A stretch of DNA of 64,000 nucleotides. It comes from Octopus bimaculoides. Lineage: Eukaryota. Numbering within the stretch: position 1 is the first letter of the stretch; each line of letters opens with the position of its first letter. The stretch lies in NCBI RefSeq assembly GCF_001194135.2, contig NC_068983.1, positions 71,984,140 to 72,048,139 of the forward strand, given 5' to 3'. A program made the translations under genes and the position numbers. Under the pieces are notes generated by a model, which was given only the letters and a program-made list of their open reading frames with translations, was not told where the DNA came from and did no database searches. Positions 49,861 to 62,105 of this stretch are shown here, piece by piece.

Positions 49861-52800
49861 NNNNNNNNNNNNNNNNNNNNNNNNNNNNNNNNNNNNNNNN
49901 NNNNNNNNNNNNNNNNNNNNNNNNNNNNNNNNNNNNNNNNNNNNNNNNNNNNNNNNNNNNNNNNNNNNNNNNNNNNNNNNNNNNNNNNNNNNNNNNNNNN
50001 NNNNNNNNNNNNNNNNNNNNNNNNNNNNNNNNNNNNNNNNNNNNNNNNNNNNNNNNNNNNNNNNNNNNNNNNNNNNNNNNNNNNNNNNNNNNNNNNNNNN
50101 NNNNNNNNNNNNNNNNNNNNNNNNNNNNNNNNNNNNNNNNNNNNNNNNNNNNNNNNNNNNNNNNNNNNNNNNNNNNNNNNNNNNNNNNNNNNNNNNNNNN
50201 NNNNNNNNNNNNNNNNNNNNNNNNNNNNNNNNNNNNNNNNNNNNNNNNNNNNNNNNNNNNNNNNNNNNNNNNNNNNNNNNNNNNNNNNNNNNNNNNNNNN
50301 NNNNNNNNNNNNNNNNNNNNNNNNNNNNNNNNNNNNNNNNNNNNNNNNNNNNNNNNNNNNNNNNNNNNNNNNNNNNNNNNNNNNNNNNNNNNNNNNNNNN
50401 NNNNNNNNNNNNNNNNNNNNNNNNNNNNNNNNNNNNNNNNNNNNNNNNNNNNNNNNNNNNNNNNNNNNNNNNNNNNNNNNNNNNNNNNNNNNNNNNNNNN
50501 NNNNNNNNNNNNNNNNNNNNNNNNNNNNNNNNNNNNNNNNNNNNNNNNNNNNNNNNNNNNNNNNNNNNNNNNNNNNNNNNNNNNNNNNNNNNNNNNNNNN
50601 NNNNNNNNNNNNNNNNNNNNNNNNNNNNNNNNNNNNNNNNNNNNNNNNNNNNNNNNNNNNNNNNNNNNNNNNNNNNNNNNNNNNNNNNNNNNNNNNNNNN
50701 NNNNNNNNNNNNNNNNNNNNNNNNNNNNNNNNNNNNNNNNNNNNNNNNNNNNNNNNNNNNNNNNNNNNNNNNNNNNNNACACGTCCAACCCATGCTAGCA
50801 TGGAAAACAGACATTAAACGATGATGTTCGTTTAACGTCCGCTTTCCATGCTAGCATGGGTTGGACATGGATGAAGATATATATGTATATATATATATAT
50901 ATACATATATATGATCATCTTTGTAATTTAGCATCTGTATTTCATACTAGCATGAGTTAGAGAGTTCAATAAGATCTGATAAGCGAAATAGCTGTATTGG
51001 GCTGCAATGTCTACTCTGGCAAAATTTCTATGGCTGGATGTCCTGATCAATACCAACCACTTTACCTGAGTGCTGTTTCATAACACCAATACCAATGAGT
51101 TCATCAAGCAGCTTGCAAAACAAGATTCCTTAACAGAGTGGGGATGCAGTAGAGAAGAAGGTGGTTTTGTGTCAAGCATGATAGAGAGCCTGGATTAGGT
51201 GTCTCACTGTAGAGGCTATACATGGCTACCCTCAGAAGGCAAGTGGGGATAGGATGGAGGCAAGTGGGGGTAGGATGGTGGAGAAGAGGTGTCAAAGCAT
51301 ACTTTCAAGGTAAAAGAAGGTAGATAAAAAGAGAATACAGACCAAGAATCGAGGATGACTGGGTGAGTAGGATCATGAAAGTGTGAAAGGAAAGTGTCAG
51401 ACAGTAGAGATGAGTCTAGTGAATGCAGTGAACATAGATGGAGTCACCGACAATGTGAATCTCAGTTTGGGGAATGTCAGTAAGATAGGAGTGAGTAAGA
51501 GAAAAGGAGGTGATAGATGGCAGTACATAAAAAATGGGCAGTGTTTGGAGAGCAACAGTATAATAAAATTGTAGACAGACAATAAGGAAGATGAAATATG
51601 TGTGAAAGAGAAGATGCATAGGAGTTCAAAGCACAGAGGGATGTAAGCAGGGGGTAACTTTCCAGCAATATGATACCTCTGTATATACTACTCTCTAAGG
51701 CATCTCCTTTACTCTTGTAACAGTTGACTATAATTCTGCTACACCAGTCACAGGGTATGATACCTTACTATACAACCTGATTAACTATATAGGTGACAAA
51801 GCCATAACCCACATTGCCAGATATTTTAAGCATCTCTTTAGTAGTTCCTAATGAACCAGGAACATTCCCTGACTTTATATCTTTGTGTCTATTATACTGC
51901 TATCAATTAAAATGCCTGAGCCCTCTATTGCATTTACAATTGGAAGGCTCTGTTTCTCCCACATGTTCACTATGTTTAGAAGCCTTTTGTAATAGTACTT
52001 CCATTTTACTTTCTTTTCAGAATCATGAAATGCAAGTGCACTATAATTCATCCATACACACTTCTCTCACACAACATTTTGATATTTTCCTATACACTCT
52101 CTTGTTCTGAAACTTATGTCTCTGGCCCTCACACTGTAGAACAAGAAGAGCATTTTCCCAGTCAAAGTAGTATTCTTTCCAAGAAATGTGTTTCAAAAAA
52201 AGGGATGTGGGGCACAGAATTAGATCAGTCCCTCAAGCTGTTGTCACTTCAAAATGATTATACAGTTGAAAAACATGGACACTTTATTGTTGGGACATCA
52301 AAAAGCAGGAGAATTTCCACCAACAAAAAGTCCATTTTAAACATCATATGAAAGGACTACATAAGCAACAATGCTAACAGAAAAACCAACAATTGAAGCG
52401 TAGAATCAACTATGATGAAAGACTATCTATAATAATTGGGATATGCAATAAGAATGAAAGAAGAGAGGTTTCTTTGTCAAATCTTCTTCAGCAAATTAAC
52501 TACTGGCAAAAGACCATAAAGATGCCTTCTAAAATCAGCTATCAAAATGGCTGAAATTGAGACAAAACTGGAAAACTAAAACCAGAGCTACTCCAACTGG
52601 TATTAATCTATTGTCATCAGAAGTGACTTTTCTGAAGTCAAAAGAAAAAGAAAAGTTGAAGAAATACGCAAAGAACACAAAATTTAACAACAACCTTGCT
52701 CTCCACCAACTCTTCCTTGCCATCTTTGTTGCTTCCTGTTTTACATGATGATTAAACTTTTCAGTCATCAGCATTTATCATGCTAGTGTTGTGCACCTGA

Positions 52801-54205
52801 TCAAAAATCAGCTGTGCTAGAATCCATCAACTGTCACCATGTGAATGTATACTTTCTCTCAGGAGCAGAAAACAGACATCCTGCATCAACCAACATCAAC
52901 TTATAATCAGATATCTTCCTTATCAAGTAAAAATCTTCAGAGCTGCAACTAATCAACATTGTACAATGAAAGGTATGTCTGATGAGGTGTTAGAGTGGGG
53001 GTGAGGAGATGAGTGCTCTGTGCAAGAAGTGGAATAGAGGGGATTTTCATCCAGATTTTGCATAGGCAAAACACAAGTACAAATTCTTCCGGGTAGATAA
53101 TAAGGATGGATTGGGTGGGACAGTCATGCTAGTGACAGAGAAATTGGTAAATAAAGTAACTAAGCATTGCAAAAAAGACTGGTTTTATGAGGCCTTCTTG
53201 TGAACCATCTTAGTCATAAATTATAGCAAGATCACTATATTGTAGTAACTTCAGCAGTCATGTTGAACAACATCACAATGGTTACTCCAGGTTACATCGT
53301 GGTTATGAATATAGTTTATGGAATAAACTGAATAGTTAGTTCATTTGTATCTGCTGTGATGCAAATAAAGTATTTGCAACATCAAGTTCAAGAAACCAAC
53401 CAGTGACATGATCGTCTCTTCACCAGGTGAACATATAGACTTCACTCTTATCAGGAAATGTAACAGATAAATAGTTACTAATACTAAATTTTATCCCCGG
53501 TAAAGAATAACTACTTAACATAGACTAGTTAATTAGTAATTGCAGAATAAGAGCTAGATGGAATCAGAGAGAAAAGCTAATTTGGAGTAGTAATTGGTGG
53601 AAACCGAATGCATATAGATGAGGATAGTCAGGTAAAGAAATGCCAGAATATTCAAGTCAAAGAAAACTGCAGATGAAGAAAACTGAGGAAGACATGGGCA
53701 GAAGTGTAAAAAGCTAATCTCAGTATACTGGTTCTTACAAAAGGGACAGCAAAGGAATGCAACAAAGTGCGAAGACATTATGCTGAAGAGAATTCAATGA
53801 ATTCATGCAAGCATGGAAAAAATAAATGTAAAAATGATGGTGATACCAATAAACACATGTATATGTACAGACGCCCTACATGTGAACGCATACATATATA
53901 TATACATATATATATTTATATGTATACATACATCATGTGATGTTAATGTGAATAAGATAGCAGGTAATTCTGTTCTCCATTAGACAGCCTGCAGTCAGTC
54001 TGTAATAGCAAATAAATGCTTATGTCTCTTGTAAACAGGTATAGATATTTATGTGTAAACATAAGAATAGACTAAACTAATTATATTTTCATTTCTTCCT
54101 CTTTCTATCTTTGTTTCAAAGCTCATAAATATATACATGCCTACATACATTTATATACACACACACACATATGTAGGTATGCATATATTGATCTATCTAT
54201 ATCTC

Positions 54206-54240
<35 letters not shown>

Positions 54241-54297
54241 CGAGTGAGAGGACAAACGAAAGAAGGGCATTCAACCAATTTACTGGTTGATCCATAT

Positions 54298-54625
54298 ATA
54301 TATATATAGAGAGTTATTAATATTTCTAAGTCTCTCTAAAGGAGACTACGACAGCGGTACTGGAAATTAATAGTTATCGCCAAGCCAACATGGCAGTCCC
54401 AAAATTAGGACGAAAGCTGCCGTGAATTAGCTCCAAGAAGCCATCGCCTCTAGCTAGCTATGTGACACACGAAACCTGTGTCCTTTATAACCTTCGAACA
54501 GAGGAGGTCAGCAGTGTCCCCCTGCTGGTTTGGCATCTGCAGACTAGTTTCAGGGTGTTGCCCCTTGTCAATGCAGAGCAGCCAAGCCCTAGCCAGGCGG
54601 CGCTGCCGACTATCTGTTCGAAAGT

Positions 54626-54661
<36 letters not shown>

Positions 54662-55209
54662 NNNNNNNNNNNNNNNNNNNNNNNNNNNNNNNNNNNNNNN
54701 NNNNNNNNNNNNNNNNNNNNNNNNNNNNNNNNNNNNNNNNNNNNNNNNNNNNNNNNNNNNNNNNNNNNNNNNNNNNNNNNNNNNNNNNNNNNNNNNNNNN
54801 NNNNNNNNNNNNNNNNNNNNNNNNNNNNNNNNNNNNNNNNNNNNNNNNNNNNNNNNNNNNNNNNNNNNNNNNNNNNCATATATATATATATAGAGAGTTA
54901 TTAATATTTCTAAGTCTCTCTAAAGGAGACTACGACAGCGGTACTGGAAATTAATAGTTATCGCCAAGCCAACATGGCAGTCCCAAAATTAGGACGAAAG
55001 CTGCCGTGAATTAGCTCCAAGAAGCCATCGCCTCTAGCTAGCTATGTGACACACGAAACCTGTGTCCTTTATAACCTTCGAACAGGGGAGGTCAGCAGTG
55101 TCCCCCTGCTGGTTTGGCATCTGCAGACTAGTTTCAGGGTGTTGCCCCTTGTCAATGCAGAGCAGCCAAGCCCTAGCCAGGCGGCGCTGCCGACTATCTG
55201 TTCGAAAGT

Positions 55210-55250
<41 letters not shown>
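54298..55250 (-). mobile_element. GC-rich ~320-bp hammerhead-containing element (54309-54628, repeated at 54893-55212 across an N gap) bordered by (TA)n
   Basis: Flanked by duplicated TTGATCCATAT (54287-54297, 55251-55261). Internal 15-bp inverted repeats at 54487-54501 and 54614-54628. Many CpGs retained. Confidence 0.75.
54536..54577 (-). ncRNA. Type I hammerhead ribozyme, U3-A8 variant core (second copy at 55120-55161)
   Basis: TCTGCA-TTGACAA-GGGG CAACA CCCT-GAAAC TA GTC|TGCAGA. Confidence 0.7.
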
Positions 55251-55253
<3 letters not shown>

Positions 55254-56235
55254 ATCCATATGTATATGTATGTATGGTTCAGTCATAGCTCTGTGGTTCT
55301 GATGTTCATAACCATGAAAATACCACTGTTCTGTGTATAAATATGCATGTGTGTGTGTGTGAATGCATATCCTTACCACCATCACCATTGATTTAACATC
55401 CACTTTTTTCTTGCTTGCATGGATTAGACGGATGCCATTCCAGTTGCCAACGCACATCCACTTTCAGGTAAGATAATGTTCCTCGTGGGCAGAAATGTTT
55501 TCACAGAAGACTGGAAACAGACAACACCACTTGTATGATGGTATCAGTTATTTACAATTATTGCACAATGAGACACACATGTGCAAACACACACGCACAC
55601 ACACACACACACAACAAGCTTTTCCTAGTTTCTGTCCATCAAATCCATTCACAAGGTTTTGGTTGGACCCGCCCATGGTGCTGTGAAGTAGGATTGGTTG
55701 AGAGAAAACTTCTCAGCCATTCATCCAATCCAACACAATCATAAAGTCACTTATATACACATTTGTTTATATATATATATATATTCATATATCACCCGCA
55801 TTCCCTTATTATTCTCCCTCCTCTTTCTCCTTCTTCTTCTTCGTCTTCTTCCTCCCTGCCACCTCCTTCTTACTTTACTACTATTGCTGTTTAGAATAAC
55901 ACCTATGCAAATATTATAAACAATACATACAAAAGAGATTTCTCAAGAATTCAATCACTACTGCCATCCACGACAAGTCACTTTCAGGGCACTTGACCAT
56001 TTAACATCCCACTACTATCATTGCACTCCCACATCCTCCTCCTCCTCCTTTTCCTTGTTCTTCTTCTTCTTCTCTGCCAAGAATTCACAATGACCTTGAA
56101 CCCACAAGAGTAAACAAGAGAGACAGAGACAGGCAGAAACAAGGAAAATGCCGCTTGTATTTGAATACTAGGCAAATATTCTTTTCAAAAACGTTTCTTC
56201 TAAGTTTTACAAAATCTAATTGTTTTCCATACTTA

Positions 56236-56271
56236 CAGTTGAAAAAGTCTCGATGACTGAAACCGGTACTC
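56236..56271 (+). ncRNA. Minimal hammerhead-like motif, U3-A8 variant
   Basis: AG-TTGAAAA-AGTC TCGAT GACT-GAAAC CG GTA|CT. Helix I is only 2 bp. Confidence 0.4.
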
Positions 56272-57542
56272 AAATGTTTTTTATAAAATTATTTTAGCAT
56301 TTTTTTACCTTGACATTTTCCCATATACGTACATACATACATACATATATACAGCCACACATAGACTTATATATATATATATATATATATATATGAAGTT
56401 GGGTATAAGAGCCATCAGGTATGGTGTGCAAGAGAGACGACTGGTAGGTCATGTGATGTGTATGGACAGGACAGCTGTGTAAAGAAGTGCTGATCTCTAA
56501 CAGTGGAGGGAACCTGTGGTAGAGGTAGATCTAGGAAGACATAGGACAAGGTGGTGAAGCATGATCTTTGAACTTTGTGTCTCACAGAGGTAATGGCTAG
56601 TGACTGAGACCTTTAGCAATATGCTATGCTTGAGAAGACTCATCAAGCCAAGTGAAATCGTAGTCATGGCTGATGTTGGTATCTCGTAAATGGCACCTGT
56701 GCTGGGGGTACATAAAAAGCACCTTTTGAGTGTTGGGCCTCATAGAGGTAAAGTGGCTGATGCCAGTGGCATGTGAAAAGCTCATTTCAAGTGTTGGACC
56801 TCACGGAGGCAATGACCAAGACCTTTGGCATTATGTTGTGTTTGAAAAGAAAACCGAGCAAGCCAAGTAAAAATGCAGTTATGGCAAATACTAGCATCAC
56901 GCAAATCATATCCGTGCCAGTGACATGTAAAAGCACCCATTACACTCTCAGAGTGGTTGGCATTAGGAAGAGCATCCAGCTGTAGAAATCAGACTGGAGT
57001 CTGGTGCAGCCTTCGAGCTTGCCAGCCCTGGTCAAACCATCCAACCCATGCCAGCATGGACAACGGACATTAAATGATGATGATGATGATGATGATATGG
57101 AAATCTCCTATCATATATGTATATGATGGAAATCGCCTGTCCTAGATAACATATGAGTTTTCAGTGAGAAGACACGAAAGCAAAAAAAAAACATCCAACC
57201 AGGAATCACAAATTAATAGCAGAAACAGAAAAACAAATAACCTGGATCCACCAGAAAACAACACTAACACACAAATAAACAATCAACAACACATCCATAC
57301 TACTACTGCTACTATTCACCAATATTTACCATTCATTCACTTAACTTGGTGACTCTTCATATGAATCTCCAGACCACCAATCAATTCGCAAAGGTAATCA
57401 CAAACACCACACAAACAATGCAAATTATTTGAATCAATATGGATATGAGGCATGATTTATTAAATAAACCAGCACATGACTGAGAAATTGCAATGTAGAC
57501 AATGGTGATTTGTGGGAAGATTGTTGTTCTGTTAGTTAATTT

Positions 57543-57573
<31 letters not shown>

Positions 57574-57689
57574 CTGTAACTGATCTTCATGACGTATGGC
57601 TTGAGTTTCAAAATTTTGAAGCTGAAAAATGCTCTCTTTCCTCTAGTCTGCATGGGTGCTTGCAAGATTCTTAAAGTTTTCTTTGCTAA

Positions 57690-58745
57690 TATACAGGCAT
57701 TTCAAATTATCTTTGAAATACCTGAATATTAGAAGTGGCCAGCCTATACTGCATCATGAATTTTCAAGCTGACCATAAAAGATTTGTTTCAAAATTCAAC
57801 CATTATTCATGCAAGAGATATGTCCACACTATCGCATCTGAGATATGATTAAGAAAGACTCTATACCAGTTAAACCACACATTTCCAGGACAGTGCTATT
57901 CTTTACTTTATCATCCCACTTAACCATGCATACTTACTGCTGCAAATCTATCAATGATGTGCCTGATGTCCTTGAGTATATTAGCAACTAGGGTGCAGCC
58001 ATCTGCAAACAGTAAATCTCTTATTGTGTGAGATACAACTTTAGTTAGTTGTTGCTTTGAAACAATGTTGGTTGAAAATGTCACCTATAGTCCTGTATTC
58101 AAGAAACACATCTTCTACATCAGAAAAGGCATAATCCAGCATTACTGCAAAAAGCAGTGCAAATAATACTGGTGCCAAAACAACTTTTAGTACCGTTTTG
58201 AACATCAAAAGGCTGAAATTAACTACCATCTCAGAGAATAGACGCCTTCATATCACTATGATATTTAGCATTTACTCGGAAACCACAAGCTTTATTAATA
58301 CTTTCCACAAAGCCTGTGAACATACAAAGTCAAAGACTTTTGTAATGTCTAAATACCACATAGAAACTTTATAGTGCTTGAGAGCTTTCTCCTGAACTTA
58401 TCACAAACTGAATATCATATCCATTGTCCCCTGACCTGACTTAAACCACACTGACAGAACTAATTAAGTCTGCGTTAATTCTGCTTAAGATGACACTAGA
58501 GAAGATTTTCCCTGCAACAGAGAGCAGTGAAATACTAATAGTGAAACCCATACTAGATACCCTTTTTTCTGCTTCAGATTTACCAATCCAGAAGAAAGTA
58601 TATACTATAACTACTTCATTCAACTGACCAGAATCTGGTAGCCTTGCCTCCAAAAGAACAGCAGTGCTAACATTTTTACTTCTCAGAAACAGACCTATAA
58701 ATGCTGCTTTTGCATTCAGGATGCTTCTTGTGGCCCTGAAGACAA
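57690..58745 (-). mobile_element. Internally deleted RTE (BovB-like) LINE: AP-endonuclease fragment joined to RT fragment
   Basis: LEARLPDSGQLNEVVIVYTFFWIGKSEAEKRVSSMGF (APE) runs into ISLLSVAGKIFSSVILSRI (RT), followed by VLAPVLFALLFAVMLDYAF. Confidence 0.75.
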
Positions 58746-58765
58746 TCTCTCTCTCTGCCTCTCTT

Positions 58766-58821
<56 letters not shown>

Positions 58822-59719
58822 ACATTATCTTTTACTTGTTTCAGTCATTAGACTGTGGCCATGCAGGGGTACCACCTTGAAGAATTTTAGTCAAATGAAT
58901 CAAACCTAGCACATATTCTTTTCAGCCTGGTACTTATTCTAATGGTGTCTCTTGCTGAACCACTAAGTTACAAAGGCATAAACACACCAACACCAGTTGT
59001 GAAGTGGTATTGGTGGTGGAGAACAAACACAGACATAAAAATACATACACATATATGACAGGCTGCTTTCAGTTTCCATTTACTAAATCCACTTACAAGG
59101 CTTTGGTCGGCCTAAAGCTATAGTAGAAAGCGTTTGCCCAAAGTGCCACACAGTGGAACTGAACCTGGAACCATGTGGTCAGGAAGAGCAAACTTCTTAG
59201 CACACAAGCATATGCTCAAGTACATGTGTCTGTGTGTCTGAGTCAGTACATTTATACCTTTCAGTGAAGGATATAAATGCTGACAAAGAACTGGTGCCTT
59301 TCAAAGTCAACTGAGTTACCTTGTCATTCTCATCACCAGAAATACAGAGAACCAGTGAATGTCCAATTATAAACCCATATCTAATGATGCTATTGTTCAC
59401 AAATTGCAATATAAAATATAAATATAAATATATATGAATGTATGTATGTATATATGTATGTAGGCATTTGCATATGTTATGTAATTTGTTAATGTAATAT
59501 GTTTATGACTGTCTTCAGTAATAAAAATATACCATTCACAAATGCCCACATACAGATACTAAAGCACACATATGTACAGTATCTATGCTATGATAGTGTG
59601 TTTTACATTGAGACACATATATATGAAGGCAAGTAGTAGTTCATGAATTACATATGATTCTGATGTTTCAAGTATGGCTTATGGTAATATGTCGGTGAAT
59701 TTTCTCATATATATATTGT

Positions 59720-60093
59720 GGAGGCGCAATGGCCCAGTGGTTAGGGCAGCGGACTCGCGGTCATAGGATCGCGGTTTCGATTCCCAGTCTGGGCGTTGTG
59801 AGTGTTTATTGAGCGAAAACACCTAAAGCTCCACGAGTCTCCGGCGGGGGATGGTGGCGAACCCTGCTGTATTCTTCCACCACAACTTTCTCTCACTCTT
59901 ACTTCCTGTTTCTGTTGTGCCTGTAATTCAAAGGGTCAGCCTTGTCACACTGTGTCATGCTGAATATCCCTGAGAACTACGTTAAGGGTACACTTGTCTG
60001 TGGAGTGCACATTAAGTGCATTAATTACACGAGCAGGCTGTTCCGTTGATTGGATCAACTGGAACCCTTGACGTCATAAGCAACGGAGTGCCA
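59720..60093 (+). mobile_element. Young tRNA-derived SINE, family 3, with a related inverted copy at 60381-60700
   Basis: A box TGGCCCAGTGG and B box GGTTTCGATTCC, with CpGs retained. 59931-60093 is homologous in reverse complement to 60381-60547. Confidence 0.85.
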
Positions 60094-61899
60094 GCTATAT
60101 ATATATATATATATATATATATTATGTCTGTCTTTCATATTGATTATATATATATCACTGTTTTAGCATCCAAGTTTACATGCTTACATGGCTCAGATGC
60201 AATTTGTTGTGCACAGATGCCCTTCCTGTCACCAACCCTCAGCCGTTTCTAGGTAAGGTAACATTTCCCCATGGCCAGACAAGCTTTTCATGGAAGGCTG
60301 AAAATGAAAGACACTACTTGTATGAAAATTAATTATACTTGTTTACAACTATCACATGATATCTAGAGAAAACTAAAATCTGGTACTCCGTTGGTTAAAA
60401 CAATGAGGGTTCCAGCTGATCTGATCAATGGAACAACCTGTTCATGTAATTAATGTGCAAGTGGTTGGGCACTCCACAAATACATGTATCCTTAAAATAG
60501 TTCTCAAGGAGATTCAGCATGACACAAAATGTGACAAGGCTGGCCCTTTATATACAAGTACTACTCATTTTTGGTGATTAAGTGGACTGGAGCAACATAA
60601 AATAATGTATCTTGCTTAAGGACACAGTACACTGCCAGGAATTGAACTCACGACCTTACAATCATGAGATGAATATCCTAACCACTAAGCCATGTGCCTT
60701 TACTTGTTAAAAGAAGAAAGCACTAACACACACATACATTTGTTGGGTTTCTTTCAGTTTTTGTTCACTAAATCCACTCACAAAGCTTTGGCTGGCTTGA
60801 GACTTTGGTACGAGAACACTTGTCCAAGATGCCATAGAGTGGGACTGAACCTGAAACTATGTGGTTGGGAAGCTAGCTTGTTAACCACAGTCATCTGTAC
60901 CTACCTACCTATCTGTGTGTGTGTGTGTATGTGTGTGCATGCATGTAATATTTGTGTAATAAGACAAAAGCTTAGTAAATAACATAAGAGCTAGTTTCAC
61001 ATCACAGTATTTGCAGGCATATCTCATAGATCAGTACTGATGTAGCAAAAAGAGACACAAACTGATTCAAATAATTCTCTAGCATTTAGCAGCTGAAAAA
61101 TCCATCATTGTACCAAATAACATTACGCTGTAAATGAAGTGTCTGCAATCAAAACATCCAGCAATCCTTGCAAATCAACAGCTGGCTCAGCCAATGTATA
61201 CAGACATGACAGAATTTCAATGCCTCAACGTCAACATGGAGAAATGCAAGTAAAAAATGTTGATAGTTAAAGCATGAATATTGTCAGATAAAGCTATAAA
61301 TTTTCTAGAGAAGTATCTAATGAAGATTCTTCTAACTCAATTGCATTATTTTTTTGTCTTGTCTTTTTTATTTTTTTGGCTTTTAAAAATTTCTCTTCCA
61401 TGTTTTAACTAATAAATCTAACCAAATAGAGCACACAAGTTTCATTTATACAACAAGAGTTTCATATTAGATTACTGAAATGCATATATATTAGCTATTA
61501 AGATGAACATAGTTATTGTTGTTTTAAACATACTCAAAGTATTTAAAATTCACTTCAAACAACGGGTTAACAAAAGATTCAGAGGATTAACTTAAAGAGA
61601 ATCAAAACTTCAGTTGTGCTAGATACACAGAACTAGGGGCACACATGAAATAAAGTAATAAAGTTCATGAGCTGGTAGGACAGCTCCACAGATCTAGTTG
61701 ATGGTTTTAGCCACTAGGCGACAAATATTTTGTTATTGTTAAGCCCCATAACAGACCCAGCATCAAAAGAAGTCTAGCAATGAGTTGTTCCATCTGTTTT
61801 GGGGTATGCAGAACAACTTTGTCTCATCTGTCCTTTTCTCAAGACAGTAGGGTGTGATTTGAGAGAGATTCAGCTGCTATGTCTAGTAGATTGCTCAAA

Positions 61900-62105
61900 C
61901 ACATAGCACAGTGATTCCCAAAATGTAGAGTATTGGTTTCCAATGAAGATAACAGTGATTCCAACGTATATAGCAGTGGTTTCCATTATGCAGAACAATG
62001 GTTTCACTGCATAGAACAGCAGTTTCCAATATGTAGAGCAACGATTCCTATGTGTAGCACAAGTGGTATCCAATGAGTAGAATAGTGGTTCCCATGAATT
62101 TGACA
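61900..62105. repeat. Degenerate ~21-22-bp minisatellite (approx. tagaacagtggtttccaatatg)
   Basis: About nine diverged units. Confidence 0.7.

Noticed and set aside
49691-50824. Long ORFs of 325-365 aa, and similar ORFs at other gaps and microsatellites
   Set aside because: Artefacts of N runs and (AT)n/(GT)n repeats.
54394-54450. GTCC...GGAC-GAAA hairpin resembling hammerhead helix II
   Set aside because: No NUGANNA core precedes it and no adjacent helix I can form.
54893-55212. Apparent tandem dimer of the hammerhead element (retrozyme-like array)
   Set aside because: The copies flank an N gap and differ at one base that I noticed. The second copy's left flank (C plus 15 nt of AT repeat) is identical to the first's, which is typical of an unmerged haplotype or contig overlap. 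A true dimer is not excluded without long reads.
59197-59409. 70-aa minus-strand ORF with a possible donor (CAAG|gtaact)
   Set aside because: No recognisable similarity to TULP4 WD40 exons and a weak acceptor.
59720-59790. tRNA-like sequence
   Set aside because: SINE head with A and B boxes. It has no acceptor-stem closure and runs on into the SINE body.
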